NCBI GenBank assembly: GCA_965248265.1
Contig: CBDFJF010000002.1
Span: 1,152,001 to 1,216,000, forward strand
Source: Candidatus Latescibacterota bacterium
Lineage (GTDB): Bacteria > Latescibacterota > UBA2968 > UBA8231
Length of the DNA: 64,000 bases
Reading direction: 5' to 3'
Each line of letters starts with the position of its first letter. The first letter of the stretch is position 1. The notes beneath the pieces were generated by a model. The model saw only the letters and a program-made list of their open reading frames with translations, did no database searches and was not told where the DNA came from. Both the position numbers and the translations under genes were made by a program. Positions 59,437-64,000 of the stretch are shown here, piece by piece.

Positions 59437-60264
59437 TCAGGACCAGACGAAGATCTCGTCGTCGTCGGGGGAGGTCGCGAAGAAGCTGGCCAATACCGCA
59501 CGCGGACTGTCGCCAACCACGTGCGGCACCTCGTGGACATTCTCCGAAGAGAAGAAGTACAAATCCCCCGGTTCAAGGTGCACCTGAACACGCTCGATCC
59601 CGTTCTCGGCGACGTGCTCCCGGAAGGCCTCGGTCACCAGGATGGGCTGCAGCTCGGGTGTCCCCTGGCAGTTGTAGAGAAAAGGCTCGCCCGTGTCGCC
59701 GGCCGTGGCCGAGTTTTGGAAACAGAGCACCCCAGCGAACTGCTGCTTGAAACGGGAAACGTCCCAGTCGAAGGCCTTCGAGCGCCTGACCACCGAGTCG
59801 TAGTGGGGGCCGTGACCGAGCTCCTCGTGGTAGATGCGGAAGATGGCAGGACCGTACTGCCGGCCATCCGGCTCGTGCGCCGTCATCACTTTTTTGTTCG
59901 GTGCCAACCGCGCCAGCGCATCGTACATCGTGCGGACTGGATTGCGGTAGCCATCGAAGAGCGTCGAGAACAGCTCGTGGGTCTGTTGCGCGTGGGCGAA
60001 GAACGCTTCACGATCGACGCGGTGGGAACCGAAGCTGGTACCGATGTCGACCCGGGTCTTGCCAGCCGCCGACTCGTCCGGTGAGTGGAGCAGGCCTCGC
60101 TCGCGGAAGCGCTCCATCAGGGCACGACAGTGGTCGGACGGGTAGATGCCGCGCAGGACGAAGGCGGGCACCTCGCGCTGGGCAAGCGCCTCAAGGGGTT
60201 GCGGGTAGCGCTCGAGGATCTCTTCGGGCGTGCCCTCTACGGGAGTCCAGGCAGTCGTCATCAT
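59437..60264 (-). CDS. 2OG-Fe(II) oxygenase
   Basis: PAIFRIY, PHYDS, LEPGDLYFF..HEV..R. Confidence 0.82.
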   Translation of the reverse strand: MMTTAWTPVEGTPEEILERYPQPLEALAQREVPAFVLRGIYPSDHCRALMERFRERGLLHSPDESAAGKTRVDIGTSFGSHRVDREAFFAHAQQTHELFSTLFDGYRNPVRTMYDALARLAPNKKVMTAHEPDGRQYGPAIFRIYHEELGHGPHYDSVVRRSKAFDWDVSRFKQQFAGVLCFQNSATAGDTGEPFLYNCQGTPELQPILVTEAFREHVAENGIERVQVHLEPGDLYFFSSENVHEVPHVVGDSPRAVLASFFATSPDDDEIFVWS

Positions 60265-60701
60265 GATGTAAAGAACGATAAGGGCCCGTTATAGGGAGTC
60301 AAGATCGCTTGCGGCTTGGTGTCGAATGAAAACTTGAGGTTTTTTGAGGGGTGGCGATGTGCGTTTTCGCTTAGCTCGTCGGGCATGATGGTCTTGGATT
60401 CAGGGCTGAGGATGGTTTTTTTGGCGTTTTTGCTGATCCGCAAGGTCGATTCAGGCCCATCGGTCCCGTCGGATCAGGCGGTACCCGCTCGAATCAGGCT
60501 GCGTATTCGAGCTCAGATTGCTGAGAAAGCCGTGCCGGTGCGATGGGTGGTGGCCGAGTTTGCCGGACATATCCATATTTTCATCTCTAAGATGAGGAGG
60601 AAAGCAACTGGTGACGAGTGAACCTGTTGTCGATACTATCCCTGACGGCCAGATGACGTGGAGATGTGAGGCAATCGAAATGAGGCTCGAAGTAGAGCAC
60701 A

Positions 60702-61445
60702 ATGAGCACTGATACGAGTCGAGCACTTGTGACGGGCGCAGCAAGCGGGATCGGTCGAGCCGTCGCCGAGAATCTGATCGCAAAGGGCATAGCAGTTACT
60801 GCCGTCGACATCGACGGGAGTGGAATGCAGAAGGCGTTTAAAGGCGACGCCGAAATTCTGCCGGCAGACCTCGGTGATATCGAGCAGCGCGAGGCCGTGT
60901 GCGAGGCCGGGATCGGCTGCGACTACCTCGTGAACGCCGCGGGCATCCTGCGTTTGAAGCCGATCACGGAAATCACCGTCGACGACTGGAGGAACGTGAT
61001 GCGGATAAATGGCGAGAGCACCTTCTTCCTGTGCCAGAAGATCGGCCCGAGCATGTCTGCCGGCGGGTCGATCGTGAACTTGTCGTCCGCCTCCGCAAAG
61101 CTCGCCGACACAACCGAGGCCGCTGTCTACGCCGCATCGAAAACGGCGATCCTGTCGGTGACGCGTTCTTTCGCCTACGCGCTGGCGCACATACCGGTGC
61201 GCGTCAACGCCATATGCCCCGGCATCATCGATACGTCCATGCAGGAGCAGATTCTGGAACGCGTGTCGCCTATGAGGGGGATGACGGTGGAGGAATTGAA
61301 GCGGGTTCGCCACGCGAACATACCGCTGGGCCGCAGCGCCGCTCCTGAGGAGCTCGCCGGTTACATATGGTTTCTGCTCTCGCCCGAAGCCGGCTACATT
61401 ACCGGCCAGGCGCTGAACTATGGAGGAGGCACCATCACATGGTGA
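60702..61445 (+). CDS. SDR oxidoreductase
   Basis: TGAASGIG, VNAAG, YAASK, VNAICPG. Confidence 0.95.
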   Translation: MSTDTSRALVTGAASGIGRAVAENLIAKGIAVTAVDIDGSGMQKAFKGDAEILPADLGDIEQREAVCEAGIGCDYLVNAAGILRLKPITEITVDDWRNVMRINGESTFFLCQKIGPSMSAGGSIVNLSSASAKLADTTEAAVYAASKTAILSVTRSFAYALAHIPVRVNAICPGIIDTSMQEQILERVSPMRGMTVEELKRVRHANIPLGRSAAPEELAGYIWFLLSPEAGYITGQALNYGGGTITW

Positions 61446-61469
61446 GGGTGTGCAGCCCGACCCTCGCGG

Positions 61470-61946
61470 CTAGCACGCCGTCGCGCCCGGCGGTGGCGGG
61501 TCACGCTCGACGAACTCCAGCCAGTTGCCGTCGGGGTCCTGCAGGTAACAGGCCTTTTTCGCCCAGGGATACTCTGCGTCGGGACGGACCGCAGGCGGAT
61601 TGACGAACCTGATTCCCGACGACGACAACGTTTGATGGAACGCGTCCACATCGTCCACAATGAATGCGAGATGAGCTGTGCCGATTTCGTTCAGCTCCCG
61701 CGGCTCCGCTTCGATTCCTGCAGGATTGAGATACTGCAGCAATTCGATGGAGTGTCTCATGTCTCCGATTCCCAGGCAGACAGCGTGGAGCTTGGCGTCC
61801 TGAAACCCCGTGAGTTTGGAGATTCTCTCCCCTTCGATGACGGCGCTTCTCTCTTCTACGAAACCGAGGGTGTCGCGGTAGAAAGCGAGTGCCTGATCCA
61901 TATTGCGAACAACGAAGCTGGTGTGAAACATCCATTCCACTTTCAC
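61470..61946 (-). CDS. VOC/glyoxalase family protein
   Basis: HTSFVV..FYRDTLG, IELLQY, HLAFIVDD, DPDGNWLE. Confidence 0.93.
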   Translation of the reverse strand: MKVEWMFHTSFVVRNMDQALAFYRDTLGFVEERSAVIEGERISKLTGFQDAKLHAVCLGIGDMRHSIELLQYLNPAGIEAEPRELNEIGTAHLAFIVDDVDAFHQTLSSSGIRFVNPPAVRPDAEYPWAKKACYLQDPDGNWLEFVERDPPPPGATAC

Positions 61947-62032
61947 GATCGCCTCCTGTGCCGGTCGTGCGGTCTCCGTGAGTCAGCCGATTGCGCTGAG
62001 ATCGTCGAGCCAGCTGGAAAGTCGATGTTGCG

Positions 62033-62286
62033 ATGAGCGTCGACAAGACCACCCTCACCTGTGATCCACACTTCCATATGTGGGACCTCCCCAATCGACC
62101 CAATCCGAACCTCGGCGAGGCGACGTTCGAGCGATTGCCCACCTATGTGGCCTCGGAGCATTGGCCGCACTCCCCAACATCTACGTGAAGTTGTCCATGC
62201 TCTGGTTTGCCCGGGATGGCTACCACCAGGCCCCGGCGAAAGAGGCCATAGTGCGGGATCGACCGATCGTCGAGATCACCTGGTAA
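62033..62286 (+). pseudogene. Amidohydrolase_2 gene collapsed by internal deletions
   Basis: MSVDKTTLTCDPHFHMWDL..LPTYVAS joined out of frame to LAALPNIYVKLSML. Confidence 0.75.
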
Positions 62287-62302
62287 CCGAGAGAGTACGT
62301 GA

Positions 62303-63349
62303 ATGGAAACCTACCGCGCCGTCATCGTTGGACTGACCGGCATCGGTGCCCGTCGACCGCCAGAGCCAACAGACCTGCCGCTCTACGGTGCCATGCCGGC
62401 GTCGCACGCCGCCTCATACCATCGCTATCCACAGACCGAGGTCACGGGCGTGTGCGACGTCCGCCAGGAGGCCCTGGATGAATTCAGGGAAAACTGGGCC
62501 GACGTGTGGCCTCAAGTGAGTTACTACACCGACTACCGCGAGATGTTCGAGAAGGAGCGCCCTGACCTGGTCAGTGTCGTGACGTCGGACCACCTCCACG
62601 CCGACATCACCGCCGCCGCCGCCGAAAGCAGCGCCCGCGGCATCCTGTGCGAGAAGCCGATCGCCACGACTTTGGCCGACGCCGACCGCATGATCGCTGC
62701 TGCCGAGGCCAACGATGTGGTGCTGTCGATCGAACATACCCGGCGCTGGAACGCCGAGCATCACAAAGTCCGGGAGCTCATCCGCAGCGGCGAGATCGGC
62801 CCTTTGCGGACCGTCGTCGCCACCTTACTTAGTCCGCGCGCCATGCTGTTCCGCAACGGGACCCACACCATCGACACGATCTGTTTCTTTGCCGAATCGG
62901 ACCCGGTCTGGGTGTCTGCGGAGCTGGAGGAGGGGTTCGAACACTTCACCGAATACAATACCGGGGGTGGCCGCGATCCGGGGGCCGATCCGGCAGCTTC
63001 CGCCTACATCCGCTTCGCCAATGGGGTGCGCGCTTTCTACAACGGCGTCAAGACTCAGATGCTGGGCTCGCAGCTCGAGCTGCAATGCGACGATGGGCGC
63101 ATCGAGGTGTCGGAACGGGGGGCGGCCCTCGTCCAGTCCGATTCGCACGTCGCCTGGACACGGCGGGAGTTACGGCCTGATCGCTACATGTACACGCAGC
63201 AGCTGGGCGCCGTCGCGGAGCTCGTCGACGCCGTCGAGAACGGCAGTGAGCTGGTCTCGCCGGCGCGCGAAGCCCGAAAGACACTGCAGATCATACTGGC
63301 TATCCTGAAATCGCACGGGGGCGGCAACACCAGGATCGATCTCTCGTAG
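62303..63349 (+). CDS. Gfo/Idh/MocA oxidoreductase
   Basis: YTDYREM..PDLVSV..LH, LCEKP, GTHTID. Confidence 0.93.
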   Translation: METYRAVIVGLTGIGARRPPEPTDLPLYGAMPASHAASYHRYPQTEVTGVCDVRQEALDEFRENWADVWPQVSYYTDYREMFEKERPDLVSVVTSDHLHADITAAAAESSARGILCEKPIATTLADADRMIAAAEANDVVLSIEHTRRWNAEHHKVRELIRSGEIGPLRTVVATLLSPRAMLFRNGTHTIDTICFFAESDPVWVSAELEEGFEHFTEYNTGGGRDPGADPAASAYIRFANGVRAFYNGVKTQMLGSQLELQCDDGRIEVSERGAALVQSDSHVAWTRRELRPDRYMYTQQLGAVAELVDAVENGSELVSPAREARKTLQIILAILKSHGGGNTRIDLS

Positions 63350-63389
63350 AAGAGTCGATCACCTTCACGTCGAGCTGCGCCGGAGAGGG

Positions 63390-64000
63390 CTACTCGAATC
63401 CATCAACGACCTGGCGCAGCAGCAACGGATCGTCGCCGATGACACCTCCGACGCCGTTGGCCACGGCGCGGCGCAGGCGCTGGGGATCGCAGCTGCCATC
63501 CTTCCCGGTCACGACGAACGCGGGGGCACCCAGGTCAGCGGCCCGGGTTGCGACTTCGGCGTCGACGAGATGATCGCGGGCGATCAGCAGGCGCCTGTGC
63601 TCGTCAGCGACGCAAAAGGCCAGGCGGCCGCGACTGCAGCCGATGCTGGCGACTTGCCGTGACTGCAGATCGAGCTGGCTCTCAGACAGGTGGTTGAACA
63701 GGTACGCGCGCTCGGCCAGGCCAGCCGCGCTCACGGCTTCGCCGACCCGCTCCTGCTGACCTGCCGCCTTGAGCTCGAACAGGATCCACGTCAGCTGCGT
63801 CGCGACCAGGAAGTCGAGGATCTCCGCCAGGGCTGGCACGGCCTCACCACCCGATCCGCGCAAACGGCGCATCTGCTCGAGCGTCAACTCGCTCACCGAA
63901 CCGCTGCCATCCGTCGTGCGTCCGACGGTCTCGTCATGCATCGCCACGATGTGGCCATCCCTCGTCATGCGGAGGTCGAGTTCCAGCCCGCTCGCGCCTT
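63390..64000 (-). CDS. Glycerophosphodiester phosphodiesterase family (start beyond window)
   Basis: GLELDLRMTRDGHIVAMHD..RTT.G.G.V, ELK, GVGGVIGDDP. Confidence 0.9.
   Translation of the reverse strand, partial: GASGLELDLRMTRDGHIVAMHDETVGRTTDGSGSVSELTLEQMRRLRGSGGEAVPALAEILDFLVATQLTWILFELKAAGQQERVGEAVSAAGLAERAYLFNHLSESQLDLQSRQVASIGCSRGRLAFCVADEHRRLLIARDHLVDAEVATRAADLGAPAFVVTGKDGSCDPQRLRRAVANGVGGVIGDDPLLLRQVVDGFE

Noticed and set aside
60265-60701. Possible IS remnant in a compositionally odd intergenic stretch
   Set aside because: T-rich tracts and IS-end-like words are present, but I found no convincing transposase motif or paired inverted repeats; needs BLAST.

Overview
GC-rich, catabolism-heavy bacterial window. 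It carries 11 PhyH/2OG-Fe(II) oxygenases, 3 enolase-superfamily enzymes, aldo/keto reductases, SDRs, sialidase-like beta-propellers and PLP enzymes. An FG-GAP/ASPIC protein with a YPNPFNP-type C-terminal sorting domain points to an FCB-group host such as Latescibacterota (inference). No rRNA, tRNA or CRISPR array was recognised. Main signals: (1) two ORF calls (13561-13857 and 13915-15207) are one reading frame across an in-frame TGA in an H-U-S-T-C motif followed by a SECIS-like hairpin, i.e. a probable 548-aa UGSC-type selenoprotein fusion. (2) A 71-bp perfect direct repeat with a Xer/dif-like 14-6-14 palindromic core (2901-2971, 4228-4298) brackets a piece of an integron cassette array (attC sites, frameshifted HNH+CHAT gene), truncates an SDR and abuts a decayed IS91-family transposase. 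(3) Three PhyH proteins lack the iron-binding Asp and share an ExxxHG motif. (4) A head-to-head pair of large unknown paralogs lies between sugar-acid dehydratase genes. (5) A TonB-receptor/periplasmic protein/hybrid kinase triad and a TLEDWTD-filter voltage-gated channel are present. Many short gene shards lie between intact genes. All calls are by-eye motif recognition; no searches were run.
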